A stretch of 64,000 bases of DNA, taken from assembly GCF_041956535.1 (NCBI RefSeq), contig NW_027192199.1, positions 124,001 to 188,000 of the forward strand. Reading direction: 5' to 3'. The number at the start of each line of letters is the position of its first letter. Position 1 is the stretch's first letter. The notes under the pieces were generated by a model that was not told the DNA's origin, ran no database searches, and was given only the letters and a program-made list of their open reading frames with translations. A program made the translations under genes and the position numbers. Shown in pieces: positions 16,263 to 28,863 of the stretch. This stretch comes from Calcarisporiella thermophila CBS 279.70. Taxonomy: Eukaryota > Fungi > Calcarisporiellomycota.

Positions 16263-17418
16263 ATGCCAAGCTCTCTTTTTCCGGAACAAATCGTCGATCT
16301 TAGAGGAAGTAGCATCAACGTCCGTGAATTAGCGCTCGAGCGCTGCCTCGTTGTTATCACTCTTAAAGCAAGTAAGCTAAATGATGTTGATTTATCGATA
16401 TAACCTCAGAATCTCAAAAGGATTTCTCTGCCATTTGTATCCTTTTACATCAGCGTGGTGCCCCGTTTGCCCCGTGCTCCTTCGGCTCCTCAACATAAGC
16501 GGACTCTTTCACGACAAGCCCAAGGAGTTCCACGACCCCTTCAGTTCTAATGTGATCTCAATACCTGAAGATCTCTTCAGGGTAAATTAGTCATTTGAAA
16601 TAATCTGGCAACAGTGCTTGACATCCTACCTGAGCATGTCTTGATTTACGTTTTATATTTAGATTTTCCGCCACCTACTTCGTAACGACGCTTATTTCAT
16701 TGTGATTTCGCCAGGACCTCGTGATGCTCTTCTCAAAATTCAAAAGGATTGTGACTTTGAGCGCTTTCCCTTCATTCTTGATGAGGATCTCTCCATCTCG
16801 ACTCGTATTGGACTTCGAATGTCTGAACATGAAGTGTGGCCATGCATTCTTGCGGTTGACCATACTTTGCGAGTTATGCCAATCAAATTTGGGCGGGGGC
16901 CTGGGTTTTATGGGCATTATGTGCTACTCCAGTACCTCCATGATCGGAGGTGTGAAATAGAAGAGAAGGCTCTTCAAGCAATCGGTAACGCAAGAAATAT
17001 TGAGGCTCGACTCAGAGAGTGGAGTGAATCACAAATGCGCAATTTCGAATGGTGGGGAGGAGATAGTGTTCTTCCACACGAGGTTTTGATGGAGATTATA
17101 GGATACCTGGAGCCAAAAGATATACTCCGGGCAAGTGCGGTTAGTCGACGTTGGAGACTGGCCGCGTTGGAATGGGTATGTGTGTTGATGCGAAATCGTA
17201 TAGTGGCACTTGATAGTCTCTTGCCAACGGTGATTGCGCAGCAAGATGATATGCCCAAGAAGAAAGCTGCTAAGAAGGATGGAAATGGCGGCAGCGCCCT
17301 TGGGATGGAATCAAGTTGGCATGGAGTCATACGGCCGAACGTATCAGTGAACACTCTTAAGGCCAAGTTGGCTCAATTGGAAGAATCTGTGCAGTTTATC
17401 ACCCAATGGCTGGATTAA
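16263..17418 (+). CDS. Thioredoxin-fold (AhpC/TSA-redoxin-like, WCPVC) protein fused to a C-terminal F-box
   Basis: Three-exon model MPSSLFPEQIVDLRG...VVITLKA-TWCPVCPVLL...FIVISPG...FPFILDEDL...WPCILAVD, then F-box LPHEVLMEIIGYLEPKDILRASAVSRRW. Confidence 0.72.
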
Positions 17419-17798
17419 ACTGAATACACCATATGGCCCCAACGTATCTAGGTAGCCATCCTATTGTTATTAATGACAAGGACTTTAATTGCTGCTGTAT
17501 TATTCTTTTCTTTTTATACCCGTATAGTTCTATTTTTTTTTTCATTATCTGCCATGCTGTTGCAATCGGTGCCTTTGCGCAATAGGAATTCAATTTAAAT
17601 AACAGATGAATACTCTTAGTTGTATCAGTAAACGATCAAATAATACTGAAGTAAATAACTCGAAAATAGCCATTGAATCAATTGAAATTAAGTATTATTA
17701 GTTATATCAGTAAAGAATCAGAAAAAATTAAGATATTAAAATTAGAAGATAGCCATTGATATTAAGATGATTAGCGTAAAGGGTAATAAATACTATTT

Positions 17799-19365
17799 CT
17801 ATGCAGCATTTTCAATCACCATATCTACCTTGTTTGCAGACCGCTTACCCAATGCCTTTGGGCTAAGTTTCTTTAGCTTATTCCCTCCTAACTCTTCTTC
17901 CGCTCTGGCACACCCTTCCACAACAACACTTGTACTACTCTCGCCTGTTTCTTCCTCTACTGGTTTGCTTTCGCTTTCATTCAACCCTGCTTCTGTTGAC
18001 TCTAGCTTATATTTGTCGGAGAAAGGATCATCTTCAAATCTCATTATTGCTCTCGCTGAAGAAGTGGGGTTTCCTGTTGAAGATGAGCCTGGATCGTCTC
18101 TGGGATAATTATCTTCCACTGTAGAGCTCAGACTCCTATTTTCACATATAAGCGCTGGATTTTGCCAATGGATATAATAAAGCCTCCTAAATTACCTTGC
18201 CAATACTTCATTTTCTATATGTGTTTGCATGAGATCAACGAGCGACTTGTGTTTGGCTGAAATAATCGCGTGGCGTTCTACTACATCTTCATATTGGCGT
18301 AAAACTTGGAGGAGCTGTTGGTTAACCTCAAGAAGATCGACGAGAAGCTCCTCTTCGGTGCGTTTCTCGATATAAGCAACGATTAGTGATTGGTATTTTT
18401 TACACTTTTCGTAAAATTCCTAGAATTGTCACAAAGACAAGCAAATTCATGATTTCAGCTTGTTTGTGAGTTAGATAATTTTGCTAATATGCACCTTAAT
18501 AAGTTCATTGTGTTGGATATCGTCTGAATCAGGATTACTGAACGAGAGCGATTCGGCAAGAATCTGACAGTTATTGAGAGCAAGTGCCATATCGCTCCTG
18601 ATTTTGTTTACAGCGGGTTGCGGGGGAGGCAATTGCAATCGGCTATTGCTAATTGGAGGCGTTAAAATAGCCGAGGTGGAGTGCTATTAGGTAGACGTGA
18701 AAATATTCACAAATAATCAGCCAAATATCGAAAGATCAAGGGAGAATAGTACTGTACAATGTTTCCATGCTGAAATATAGGAGCGTACACGCTAACAATA
18801 TCCTCAAACTCGGAGTATCCAGAGAATATATTCTTGCAGTAAAATAGGGTCTCTTTTATAGACTGCTTTGCAAAACCGGTCGTCTTTGGATGGAAATAAC
18901 AGAAGTTGACCGCGTGGATGAAACTACGTCGCATCATTCGTACTATTAAACCGAAAAAAAAAAGATCAGCTTGGACGAAAAAACCCAATAGGCTGACAAA
19001 CATTTACGGTGAAAATTTCGACCACAATTCTCTACAAAGCTCCTCAGGACCTATACAATAATGTCTGTCAATTCCTAGTGCCTTGCTTGTTACATCACCC
19101 ATGTAGAATTCACCTGTACGCTTAGATCGACAACTAGTCCATCCCCACTCATCAATCTTCGTGTAACACATTTCGCTGCTTCCCATGCTCCTATTTCTCC
19201 GCGCTCGTGTACTTTACTTACGATCGCAGACACTATGTTCCAATTTATGGTCGTTTGAGTGTAATGAGTCACGAATTCGATATTTTCACTTATATCTGTG
19301 CGCGCGGGAAGAAAGCTCTTCTTTAGAGATATTCTTAAATTAACTAGGCTGGATAATGAAGGCAT
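17799..19365 (-). CDS. VHS-GAT domain endocytic adaptor (Lsb5/Tom1-like)
   Basis: VHS-like NWNIVSAIVSKV...GAWEAAKCVTRRL; GAT-like IRSDMALALNNCQILAESL...EFYEKCKKYQ...EELLVDLLEVNQQLLQVL. Confidence 0.7.
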
Positions 19366-20730
19366 GCTCCAACGGATTTTTCGCGGCACTTTATTGAAGG
19401 AGGACTAAAAGTGAGGTATAGAAAAGGCAGAGAGATAAAAGAAGTGGGCAAAAGAAGACTGAAAGGATGAAGTATCGAATGAGAGATGGCAATGAAAAGG
19501 TTAACTAGGACCACCGCTAAACAGCTTAGCAAATTCATCCCACCATACACCTGCACACTTAAAGGTAGACACTAGCGTTACACACCTTAGGAATGTACAC
19601 AGCGCTCTCACATCTTTGGAGATGGTATTCAAGACGAGTCGGAAATCCTGTAGTGTATTCAAGATATGTTGCTCAAATCTCCCTGTAGGGCTAATGATTG
19701 TAGCGCAAAGTTGTCGGCTCCTCTAATTTGTACAAAATAGTCGCCATACTTCGGAAAACAAAGCTTCGTGAATCCTTAGCAAACTCTAATTCTCGGAGAC
19801 CTTACACCTAGGATCAAATATGTTCATAAAAATCGTCGCAGTAGGGCATCTCTCGATAAGCAAAGAGAACGTTATCATAGTGAAAAAATCAAAAAAATTC
19901 CTACAATATCGACTAGATCCTCTAGGAAGAGGAACCCCTGAACTATTAAATTGTCGGTCTGCTCTGCCGAAACCCAGTTCTTTTCAAACCTCACATTTAC
20001 CGACGTCCGAAGACAACTACACAAGAGAAACTTGGCAAGAAATTATTTGTGCGCTAGAATAATTGGTGGATCAGCATGATCAACATGTAGCCAAACCTAT
20101 TAAGCCAGGCACGCCATGGGTATTCTGGAGATTATTCGCCAGATTTGCGTAATTAAGCTTAATGTGCAGATAACCAAGAATAAGTATACCAAGTGTATCG
20201 CAGAATCTGTCCTAGTGCATTCTTTGTGTGTAATCTATATCAGGTCTAACGCATAGTTTTGAGAGGATAATAAATAAACATGGATCATGAACAGAGTTAT
20301 AGAATGATTCCGCATTATAGCTTGCTAATAGCTGCCATTGGTTCTAGACGCCCTTATATTTAATAGGATCAATATAATTTATACTAAATTTTTCATTGGG
20401 GAGTCAAAATAGCAGAGCACATTTACACTAACCTAACCTAAAGCCAAAGAAAACTCGAGAAAAAGAAAACAAAAGAAACCAGCACAAAATGAAGAACAGA
20501 CAAGTTAAATAAATAAAAAAAAGGGAACAAAAAACCGAAAAAATAGGAATAAATACTATGAAATATTTTTTCAGTCTTATTAACAACAACACAGAGAACA
20601 TCTATCAGTGATAAATAAAAAAGGCATAAACAAAAAAAAGTAAAATAGATCCAATACAGTAATAAACATGGTAAAAAAAAGCACAAAACTGAAAAAAGAT
20701 AACCGAAAAAGTGTCCTTTTTAAATATGAT

Positions 20731-22402
20731 CTAATTACCATATATTCCCCAACCGTTTTGCGATGATTGCCCACCAGAAACTAGGTTTTGCCCAACTTTC
20801 ATTCCGGAATCTTCAAGAAGCGAAGGGGGTAAATAGGCCATCGGGTTCAGGCCAGGGCTATAGGTGCCACTCGATGATGGGGTAGTAACACCAACGTTGG
20901 ACGAATATGAAGGATTAGCGACCGACTGGAGCGAGGAAATGGAGTTGGATTGTAGCGAGGAGGGTGGTGTGGACTGAAGCGATGGAACTGGGGCAGGTTG
21001 AAACGCATGAGATGAAAAGGCTTCAGCGCCAGCCATGGTGTGGAATCCGATCCCCATGCCGGGAACACCATTCAATCCTGCCATGCCCAAGCCGACGCTT
21101 CCCAGACGTCCTATATTACCATTTGTGGGGCCCATCCCCGTCCCGTTCATAATACCACTAAAAAGGGGTCCCCCAACCCCTGCGTTAGGCCCTCCATTAC
21201 CTAAACTTCCCAAGCTATTCCCACTACTGCTACTGCCACTACTAGCAGTACGCCAACTGTGGGGCCTACCCCACGCTAATCTGACCCTTGAAGTACCAAC
21301 AAGAACTCCATTCATCTTCGCAATCGCAAGTTCAGCGGCTTGCCTATGCGCATATTGGACAAATCCGCAACCTTTACCAGGTGGAATTTTCACGTGGGTA
21401 ATCTCTCCAAATGGAGCAAATGCTGCTCGAAGTTCATCTTCTCGAGCTTGTGCTGATAGTCCTCCGACAAACACAGTAGTGTTGGTTGGATCACTGAAAT
21501 GGTCCAGTGCTCCAGGAGCACTGCTGTTGCCTACTGAATTCGTTGGAGTAAGGGAAGCAACCGGAGAACGGGAGACGGAGCCACTCGTTTTGCTTTTGGG
21601 GAGCGCCATCGATACTCTTAGTGGCCGTGACCCACAATATACACCATGGGTCTCAACAAGGGCACGGTTCCGCTCCTCCTGGGTCGTAAAGCGAACAAAG
21701 CCATAGCCGCGAGAGAAGCCCGTAACCGGGTCGGTCATGATCTTTGCAGATTTACAAGATCCATAGCGGCTTTGAAAGAAGGACTAAAGGTTTGAAAGGA
21801 AAAGGGCAAGTCAGCAAAGAGAATAGTAGGATGACCACACAAATTTCGTTGCAATAAAGAAAGCGTTCTCACCAGCAGCATCAAGTCGGTAACCTCGGGG
21901 GCTACGTCGCCTACAAAAATCGAATATTCCTGAGGAGTCTCTTTAGACTTATCCCTGCTGAACATATAATGTGATTAGGTTGAATGTCTAATTAATCTCC
22001 ATTTTAAGAGCGTGACAAAATTCCCACCTTCCAGCCTCACCCATCCCCCCGGAAGCCCAATTAAGCTTCAATACTCGGTCAGTTCCAGGCACAGGCTCAC
22101 CTTGAAGTGATAGAGCCTTGAGTGCGGCAGCATTGGATGAGAATTCTACAAAGCAGTAGCCTGCATGTCTCCTGGAATTCAATATAGCATATTATTATCT
22201 AGTCAATGGAACGACAATGAATTTGGCTTCTAGAAAATTACCCAGTGTTTTTCTCCTTAATTAATTTAACGTTGACATGTTCCCCAAAGATCAGCCACAC
22301 TTGCCGGATGAATGCTTCGTCCATATAAGGGGCAATATCTCCCATCCACAGAGTGCGAGTTTGCTGGAGGGGAGAGGAGGAAATATCGTATGCAAATGGC
22401 AT
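20731..22402 (-). CDS. Triple-RRM RNA-binding protein, Nam8/Ngr1/Csx1 family
   Basis: RTLWMGD..YMDE, AGYCFVEF, LNWASGG, EYSIFVGD, SRGYGFVRF, DPTNTTVFVGGL, KIPPGKGCGFVQY, RVRLAWGR. Confidence 0.88.
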
Positions 22403-22674
22403 TTCTTATCTTCTTGAAACAAAATATATAAATAAAACCACAGAGTAGAGCACTTAAATGAACATTGCAAAGCAAAACGAAAATAAAACAGAAATAAAAA
22501 TGAATATAAATTAATAATTTTACAAGTTGTTTTATTCTTTTTCTCAGCGGAAAAAAGTGAACAACAACAAACAAAAAGACATGATAAAAGTTAGGTTGAC
22601 AGGTGAAATGAGTTACAATGCGGCGCAGCTAATTTAAGCGAATGATCCACATAAGCACAGTGGAGGGAAAAAAA

Positions 22675-25669
22675 TTATGCACTTCTAAGCGTTCGCAAGA
22701 CTGTCTCCATTGCTCGTCGGCGCTGGCGGTCTTTTAGAGAATACGTATTGTCTCGTAGCATTCTAAAAACAGATATAGTAAGTACACTGATAGATTATCC
22801 AAAAATACACTATTCTATTCGTACTTTTCAAATAAACTGGCTACTACCGAAGGGCGCAATCTTGAGTAACGTTTATTGCGCGTTTGTGGGTTTAGATATT
22901 CATCTGCTGACTCAGACTGTAACAGTGTCATCATCTGCCGCAGCTCAAGGAAGGTATCCAGGACGTTGGGGTCATTCAAACTTCGCACAAATTCCTCAAG
23001 GAACTCCACGTCCACATTAAAGTTTTGCACAAAATTGTCGTTGATAGAAGTGACATTTGGACTGAGAAGAATGTTCTAATAATTCCGTAATAATATTAGG
23101 AATGATTGCGGGAAAATATGTTAATATCCAAAAGATTACTTGTAAAGAAGTAGCTAAGTGATCCAGCGCGTCAAAATATATAAAAATTTTGATGGAAACT
23201 GGTAGATTCGCAAGAGTTGAATTTATCACTGTGGTCAGGAAACTTACAAGTTCTGGGATAAAATAAGAAAATAAATTAGCTCTGAATTACGTTCTTACTC
23301 CTAGGCTGAAAGCTATACCTTGTAAGTATACGCTTGGCTGATCTGATACAGAGGATGGTGTCCACTCATAATCGGCCAATTCCAAAAAGTCATCAATCTT
23401 TCGGTTAACTAGCTCGAAGATCCGTTTCTCTGCGTTCTTCCGAGCTTCCCGGAATACATTAACTGCCCGAAGGCTTATTCGTCCACTAGATCCACTCCGT
23501 GCTGGTGTAAGCAATTCTTCGAATTCAGTGCAGGCATTCTCGAAATATTCAAGATTAATTATAATCTGCACAATTTGAGAGAGATTGGTGCTCTCTAGCT
23601 TAGAAAGGAGTATGCCATTGACCTGTTGGACAAGGAGTTCATCCAACGACTACAGTGGGAAAATTTTCGTTTGTGAGCTTAACCCCCAAACGCTTTTTTA
23701 ATGTGAATTGTCAACCTACCCTCTTTAAAATCTCATCAATCGCATCTCTTTGTTGAGACAGACCCTCAGCAAATCGGTGGTATCGGTGCACAAATTTTCG
23801 AATATCACGGCAGCATAACGGGAACATTTTAGAAAAGGGCAAGGTTCGGGGAAAGCTAATAAAATGTAAGGTTTAGACGAGTGCAACGACGGGTCATCAA
23901 GAGAAGGTATATACCGTTGCGAAGTTGTCTTTTGATCTTCGATAAATCTACTATGTCTCCGTAGCTCGATCATTTCCTCCTCCGATCTTATCACCATCGG
24001 CATGCAGTCATCCTCTTCTACATACTGAGTAAACCGAGATCTGAACTGCCTCCTTAATAAATCTGAGTATCCTTCGAAACAGGCGAGCAAAAGATCACCC
24101 AGCTCTTTCATTGGGAAAGCATAGCCTTCAAGCGTTTGCATAAAAGTCATCAATAGATGTCGAACGGAAAGAAAGACATCTGGGTTGTCACATCCCCGTA
24201 ATCCCTCCGAAACCATGCGCAATATTTGCGTTATAACCATGTCCCAGAGCTTGTAGACCTCATTGGGAGATCGAAAATCAGTTGTTGAATGCATCACCTC
24301 ATGCTCAACAATAAAGAACCCAACTATCTCTTCGAGTAGGGCAGTCAGCGTTGAGAGATCATTGTCAAGAAGGACGGTGGAGGTGAGAGCTAAATTTGCT
24401 TGTGCCTAAACGATGTAGTAATCTTCTAGTTAAAGGTATCAGTAATATTTGTCTTCATCTTTCCTCACCCTTCGATCTTCCTCATAGCTCGCTCGCAACT
24501 CATTTCGTTTCCCCAGTGCATCGTATATGTGTATGCATTGATACAACGGTCGAAAATCAAAACGTACTTCTTCGTTATCAAGTATATTGCCTACATTGAA
24601 TAACTTGATGTTGGTGATTTGATCAATAGCTTACATAGTAATAGTTTACATTCTGTCTCTTCATTTAACACTTGTTCAATGGCAGAGTTCACGGCATAAC
24701 TAGGTTTTATATTCGCGTTTTGCTTGATTTTTAGACGCCAACGTTCCTGTCGTACCCGCATTTGTTCCATTGCAAGTTGTCCGATCTTGCGCGAGCTCTG
24801 TCGGACACGGAAGAGCCACTCTTTGAGCTCATTTGTGACAGCCTCTTTAATTTGATTCTTCATGACCGGGATTCCTTCCTCTATAAAGTATAAATAAAGA
24901 GTACAATGAGAAAACCAACTCGGAGGTGTAAAAATTAAATAACCATACGCATATGCTGTGCAAACTCATATTGGCCAACTTGTCGTAGATGTTGTGTTTG
25001 TAAATTATCTAGTGTCTATGGGAGCAAAGAAATATTAGCTAAGATATTCTAAAATAGAACTATGATATTCGATAAAGAGTACTTTTAATGCTGAATAGTA
25101 CTTTCTCTGCTCGATATGCGTACTTGCTTTATTAGCCAACTCTAGGACGTGAAGACAGGTGCGCATTGTGTCAATAGTTGACTCGATATTACACTGGATT
25201 TTTCTTGTCTCGATGAGTTCTTCTTTCTAAAAACGAAATAAAGCAAAAAGGGAGAGAAATTGGATTCAGAGATTATAAAAGGTCCTAATTTTAATAAAAT
25301 GTATATTACCTTGGCAACCAGTTTTGTGCCAGAACGTTGTAATTCTCCATTCAAATTCACTATTTTGTTCTTGAGGCTTAAGGTTCCTTGCCTCACCTTT
25401 AATAGTTGATCCACTGAATGCACAAACTCTTGGTAGTTTGCATTACACATCTTTTCAATTTCTCCATCTTTCTGCTTAATGAAACCCGAAAGCTGTGTAA
25501 GAAATTGCTTTTCGCGTTTTGAATCAAATATAGACTGCAATAGGGGGCCCAAAAGTTCGAGATTCTCGGACTCAGAGCCGGTTTCTGTTACAAGCATAAG
25601 CTTGTGTAGAACCTCGGCTGTATCAGTAGAGGTTGTGCCAGTACCGGATGAGGATTTTTGTGGCGGCAT
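22675..25669 (-). CDS. SEC15: Exocyst complex component Sec15 (multi-exon)
   Basis: ENLELLGP, EIEKMCNANYQEF..SVDQLLKVR, LKEWL..VR..SRKIG, NLSQIVQIIINLEYFE.AC, KIDDFLELADYEW. Confidence 0.9.
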
Positions 25670-25982
25670 CTTAATGTCTTGATGGAAGAGAGATGAGGAT
25701 GCAAATGGAAGTTATAGTATTGTTTAAGAACATCTGATGGCATGAAAGGCGCAGTTTTTCATTGTGCGAATCTTTATGTTAATCCAGAGTAGCGAATTAT
25801 AAAGTCTTCCTCTTCTACTTCAAGCGTGAACAAGGTAGCGCATACACAGGTAAATTGTCTATCTTCAGAACACTTATCCATCCATCCATCCATTTACGTT
25901 CCTGCGCATCTGGCGTCTCCCGATGGTTTTGTAAATATTTTCTAAATTTTTTTCGCTTTTGCTAAAATTAGCTTAATTCACC

Positions 25983-26594
25983 ATGGTCCGCATCTCTGTC
26001 CTGGTAAGTTTCGATGCATGATCTATAAACAGAGCCTACTTTGCCAAGGAGTTGCGGAGAATTCCAGCTCTCTATTATATCTCTTAGCTCTGTGCGTTAA
26101 TATGCCCATCTATTAACCATAATATTATTTTGCGATCGCCAGAACGACTGCCTTAACAGTATGGTTAACGCTGAGCGCCGTGGCAAGCGCCAGGTGTTGG
26201 TCCGTCCCTCCTCAAAAGTTGTTGTCAAGTTCCTTACCGTCATGCAAAAGCACGGTATGATATTTTATTCGATACATCTGTCTGCAATTCGTCATCCATT
26301 TTCGATTATTAACAAAACAATACAATGTCATCAGGTTATATTGGTGAATTCGAAGAGATTGATGACCACCGCTCCGGCAAAATTGTCATCCAATTGAATG
26401 GCCGCTTGAACAAGTGCGGTGTCATCTCTCCACGCTTTGACATCAAAGTTAACGAGATTGAAAAGTGGGTGAACAATCTCCTCCCCTCTCGTCAGTTCGG
26501 CTACCTCGTCTTCACCACTTCTTACGGGATCATGGATCACGAAGAAGCTCGTCGTAAGCACACTGGTGGCAAGATCTTGGGTTACTTCTACTAA
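25983..26594 (+). CDS. RPS22: 40S ribosomal protein uS8 (S15a/S22), 3 exons
   Basis: [33 protein letters not shown]...[18 protein letters not shown]...[21 protein letters not shown]. Confidence 0.97.
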
Positions 26595-26834
26595 TTAAAA
26601 GAAATGTGAAAAGGAATAAAATTTTATGCATTTGAGTATTTGCAATCGATTCAAGTGAAAATACTTTCCTTCATCTCTACTATTCTCTATGAGAAATCGA
26701 AAATCCCTTGGATTCTGAAAGTTCAATGTACCCTATACTAATAGGATACTTTTACAATAGTGTATTAACACTATGATGAAATAGTGCGACAGATTCGAAT
26801 GAAAAAGGAATATTGCTAAATAATCTAAAAAATG

Positions 26835-26906
26835 TGGACGTTCCGGGAATTGAACCCGGGGCCTTCTGTATGCGAAACAGATGTAATACCACTATACCAA
26901 ACGCCC
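26835..26906 (-). tRNA. tRNA-Ala(CGC)
   Basis: 72-nt cloverleaf GGGCGTT...AACGTCCA with G3:U70 Ala identity pair; anticodon arm TCTGT-TTCGCAT-ACAGA; T-arm CCGGG-TTCAATT-CCCGG. Confidence 0.95.
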
Positions 26907-26989
26907 ATTCGTCAATATTTTTTTTATCTTTACTATAATGCAGGATAAAGTGGCGTAGCATTATCGATTTGAAACTCAATGCAACTCTC

Positions 26990-27090
26990 CCTTTGTTGGC
27001 GTAGTGGTTTGGGACCCTGGAGCCGAATCACTAGGTTGCGGGTTCGATTCCCGTAGGCGACACTCGTCCATGAGAGTTTGTCGGGTTTTT
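26990..27090 (+). ncRNA. tRNA-derived Pol III unit (pseudo-tRNA or SINE-like head)
   Basis: Box A TGGCGTAGTGG 26997-27007, box B GGTTCGATTCC 27041-27051, intact T-arm, CCG at anticodon spacing. Acceptor and D stems do not pair. T5 at 27086-27090. Confidence 0.55.
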
Positions 27091-27224
27091 CTCAGGACTC
27101 AACCGCTATCAATAGTTTAGCAACAAGCAAGTAATTTTAAGTGGCTACAAAAATAGGTAGCAAAAATACTTAGGAGAAATCCTACTACAAAAATGGAAGG
27201 CCAGAGGCAGTACCTGGGTGATTT

Positions 27225-27800
27225 TTCAAGTTTTATTTTTCCTCTAAGGACGTGAGAATTTGCGTCCTGTGGTTTATTTAAACTATATTATACATGTGAG
27301 GGAGACTTCTGAACAACATCAATAAGTACAAGAAATCCAGAGATATAACTTAAAGAATTCCGTGCTTGGAAGGGTCAGGTTAAGTATTCATTGCTTCCTT
27401 GAGATCGAAGGCTACCTCTTGATTTTCTTCGATCCGGATTAACGAGCTCTTTCCCCATATCTGCTTGAAATTTTCTTCAGCTTTTCCCCTCTGTGCTTGT
27501 ATCCATTGTCCTTTGATTGCTATGAGTAGATCTGATAAAAAAGATGCATTTGAAAGCGATGTCCTCATGCTCTTGGCTGTCCATGACAATTGCGACCCTG
27601 GTCTTATGCATACCCCAGACTATTATGCCGTGCAATAGCTTAGAGACTTGTCAGTGTTTGCCTAATGTCTCCTCGTGGAATCCAAAGAGTTTCTCACACT
27701 TTTGCATGCTTGTCCAGGGTTTATCAAGGATCTTTTGATGGGTCCTGTTAAACCACCTCCAAAGGTTTTGGGTGATTTTGACGTAGAGATCCATCCTTTT
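27225..27800 (-). mobile_element. Decayed 3' fragment resembling non-LTR retrotransposon ORF2 C-terminus plus 3' UTR
   Basis: Broken frame QNLWRWF...KLFGF...*...IIVWGMHKTR...(frameshift)...ENFKQIWG...* with stop at 27380; downstream stem-loop ~27247-27268, AATAAA and short A-tract. Confidence 0.4.
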
Positions 27801-28512
27801 GTCTTTTCCATTCAAATAAAATTATCGAGTGGACGTAAAAAAAAAAATACATCCCAGGGATAAAATAAAATAGAAGAATATGGCTACGAATTTTGAAAAA
27901 CGTAATATCCCTCATTTGAAGGAAATTACATTTCCCAGAGTTGTATTGATCAATACAAATCTCTACTTATTAATAGAATTATATACATTTTTTTTTATCA
28001 CAACTCCATTATTATTTCTATTTACATACGCAGACAAAATTTTCGTGCCTTTATCAAGTAATTATGTCTTCCTCTCTTTGTATCCTATTTGGTTTTTATA
28101 TGCTTTACTTTCTACCTTAATTTCGTTTTCACTTTCTTACCATCTAGTCGCTTATCTACTGAAATAGTCTAAATGCTAGTGAAGAGAATATATTTTTATC
28201 AAGGCCACCTCCTTTATTATTAAATAAAAGTCTGCATTTTTCTAAATAACAATGGGCTTTTAGCATAGAAATCCAATTTGAACTGCTCTTACCAATGCCT
28301 CCCACCAACCAATCAATTTTGTTTCATTGAGGTACTTCGAAAAGCATATTCTCTAATGCGGCACAGTAAGCAAAACAAAAAATAAACCTTGTCATTTGAG
28401 CGCCAATTCGTCTCTTTATTTCTGCCTTCGATATTGAATTGTTTCGCGAGATTTGGGTTCTACTCTACTGATCGTGAATTTAGTTAGCTTTTAATCAGAT
28501 CATTGATCAAGG

Positions 28513-28863
28513 ATGCTCCCTTTATCACTTCTAAACACAGCCCAGGGTCATCCGATGCTGGTTGAACTCAAAAATGGAGAAACGCTCAATGGTCATCTCG
28601 CAAATTGTGATAATTGGATGAATTTGACCCTTAGAGAAGTGATCCAAACATCCGCAGATGGGGATCGATTCTGGAGACTGCCAGAGTGCTATATTAGGGG
28701 TAACACAATCAAATACCTAAGAGTGCCCGAAGAGATCATCGATATGGTAAGAGAGGAGGAAGTAAAACAACGTGGTGCTGGACGTGGCCGTGGTCGTGGC
28801 CGCGGTCGTGGCGGAGAGCGAGGTGGTAGAGGAGGACGAGGAGGACAAGGGCGTGGGAGGTGA
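28513..28863 (+). CDS. LSM4: U6 snRNA-associated Sm-like protein LSm4 (intronless)
   Basis: [50 protein letters not shown]-rich tail. Confidence 0.96.
   Translation: MLPLSLLNTAQGHPMLVELKNGETLNGHLANCDNWMNLTLREVIQTSADGDRFWRLPECYIRGNTIKYLRVPEEIIDMVREEEVKQRGAGRGRGRGRGRGGERGGRGGRGGQGRGR

Noticed and set aside
16440-16480. Possible selenoprotein (UxxC) in the redoxin domain
   Set aside because: Both positions are TGC Cys codons; no in-frame TGA or SECIS seen.
21035-21706. Long antisense ORFs (also 29718-30398, 39654-40307, 53053-53562 and others)
   Set aside because: Shadows of real coding strands with no independent motifs.
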